DNA from: Chiloscyllium plagiosum
Taxonomy: Eukaryota
Length of the DNA stretch: 21,827 nt
Reading direction: 5' to 3'
Assembly: GCF_004010195.1 (NCBI RefSeq)
Contig: NC_057719.1
Coordinates: 35,745,092 to 35,766,918 of the forward strand
How positions within the stretch are numbered: position 1 is the stretch's first letter; each line of letters opens with the position of its first letter. The notes under the pieces are model-generated. The model ran no database searches. It was not told where the DNA came from and saw nothing but the letters and a program-made list of their open reading frames with translations. Of the stretch, positions 20,178-21,827 are shown piece by piece. The translations under genes were made by a program, and so were the position numbers.

Positions 20178-21559
20178 CCTAATTCATTTCATAGCCCACT
20201 TCAAGTTACTGCAAAACTGTACACAATTCACATTCTTCCTCAAAATTAGTGATTATATCTACATGCATTTAGATCTTAAACCCAGCAAACAATAAAAAAT
20301 GTTTTGGGATTGAAAGCATATATTGTATTGCATATGAATTGTGACATTAATATCTGAATTCATATCCTCTATATTGTTTATAATTATGAATGTCACATAA
20401 GATTTCAAGTTGAGAAAGATAATTGGAATAAAATATTGATATATTTATCATCTGCTTACTAATGTAATACTACTGCATGATTACAAATTCAGACACACAA
20501 ATGCTAACCATCTACAATCTTTCATTAAGTACATTTGTTCATTTAGGCTTTAAAACTTTTCACTTCACTACAAGTTATTTTGGCACTCCCTTCCAAATAC
20601 ATGACCTTCACTGCTTACAAGCAGCGGGACCATTATGACTTATAGCCTTCTCTTTCAACCATTTATCTTCCTGACATGAAAATGTCTCACTATTGGGTTA
20701 AATTCTAGGATTCCCTATGTGCACTATGGGTATACGTACATCAGATTGAGTGCAGTAGTTGAAGATCATGGGTTACAACAACATTCAAGCCCGACCACCA
20801 TCTATAAAGCTCAAGTGACCTCCTAAAGGGCAATGACTTTCAAACCCCCCTGCTCCTGGGGTTGGCATAAAAATTAATAAACTAATCAGAGTATTCAATT
20901 TACCTGTCTGATGGAAAATGGTCAAAAGAATTGTAACCCACACTTAACAAGAGCTGCAATTTTTACAAATAAATACATTCCAGAGACACATATGAAGGAC
21001 CATCAATGTATTATTCCACCAGTTAAAACACTAATTTCCTTTCAAACCTGTATATATGCATACAGACAGACACAAAGAAAAAAGAAAAAAAATGGCACTA
21101 TGAGTGGAGGAAAAAAAGGGGGAACAATTCAATGGGACCCATACAAAAGATTCAATGACAAATTTTGTTTGCTTCCGAAGATCTTCTGTTCTTTCATTCT
21201 GTTTCTCCAGGTTCTTTCATTTTTTCATACAAGACTCTGGGCTATTTGTGCAAGCTTGAATAGAAATCATAATGGAAACTTGGAGAGGGAACACACTTGG
21301 ACCATCAGCAAAATTTTTCACTGGTTCATCCAATCACCTTCAAATTCTTCTCCAAGCCACTCACCATCCTGATTTGGAAATATATCACCGTTCCTTCACT
21401 GTCACTGGGTCAAAATCCAGGAATTTCTTCCCCAAGAGCATTGTGGGTTAACTCACGGCAGGTGGACTGTAATGATTCAAGAAGGCAGCACACCATCACC
21501 TTCAAGGGTTAACAAGTGCTGACCAACAGTGATGTCCACATCCCACAAAGAGGAATTTT

Positions 21560-21715
21560 AGAGTCAAAGAGAGGTACAGCACGGAACAGGATCCTTTGAT
21601 CCAACTCATCCATGCCGACCAGATATCCCAACCCAATCTAGTCGCACCTGCCAGCACCTGGCCCATACACCTTCCTATTCATAGCCTCCACCACTTCCTC
21701 TGCAGCCCATTCCAG
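21560..21715 (-). mobile_element. CR1 3'UTR fragment
   Basis: CATGCCGACCAGATATCCCAACCCAATCTAGTC is the reverse complement of 9050-9082. Confidence 0.88.
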
Positions 21716-21717
21716 AC

Positions 21718-21827
21718 GCAAAGAGGAGGGGGGGGAGACGAGGAGGAGGAGGAGGGGGGCGGACGAGGAGGAGGAGGGGGGCGGACGAGGAGCGAGGAGG
21801 AGGGAGGAGGAGGGAGGAGGAGGAGGG
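21718..21827 (+). repeat. GGA/G-rich polypurine low-complexity repeat running off the window end
   Basis: (GGA)n interspersed with GGGGGGCGGAC units. Confidence 0.9.

Noticed and set aside
20904..20953. Possible 50-nt minus-strand exon (ttgcag|CTC...CAG|gtaaat)
   Set aside because: The polypyrimidine tract is poor and the peptide shows no resemblance to the Lys/Ser/Gly-rich B56 N-terminus expected upstream.
20911..21372. 153-aa ORF, the longest in the track
   Set aside because: It runs through poly-A and low-complexity sequence, is antisense to the host gene and has no recognisable domain.

Overview
This is eukaryotic, repeat-rich intronic DNA, most likely from a shark (inferred from HE1/V-SINE-like SINEs, CR1 LINEs and abundant Penelope-type repeats). 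It contains one host-gene exon that the ORF track misses: a 163-nt minus-strand coding exon (7426->7264) encoding the N-terminal arm of a PP2A B56 regulatory subunit (PPP2R5C long isoform favoured, PPP2R5D not excluded). The rest is mostly transposon debris: CR1/L2-clade LINE fragments, tRNA-derived SINEs, a TA-flanked MITE and one or two solo LTRs. The main hidden signal is about a dozen intact or decayed minimal type-I hammerhead ribozyme motifs (CUGAnGA-stem II-GAAA-NN-UH). They belong to at least three Penelope-like element (PLE) families. Many insertions are inverted, palindromic two-arm structures bounded by 10-15 bp target-site duplications, including a nested ~2.2-kb palindrome and a family of ~100-210 bp ribozyme mini-elements with a shared 5' boundary. 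Family names come from recognition of motifs, not from database searches.
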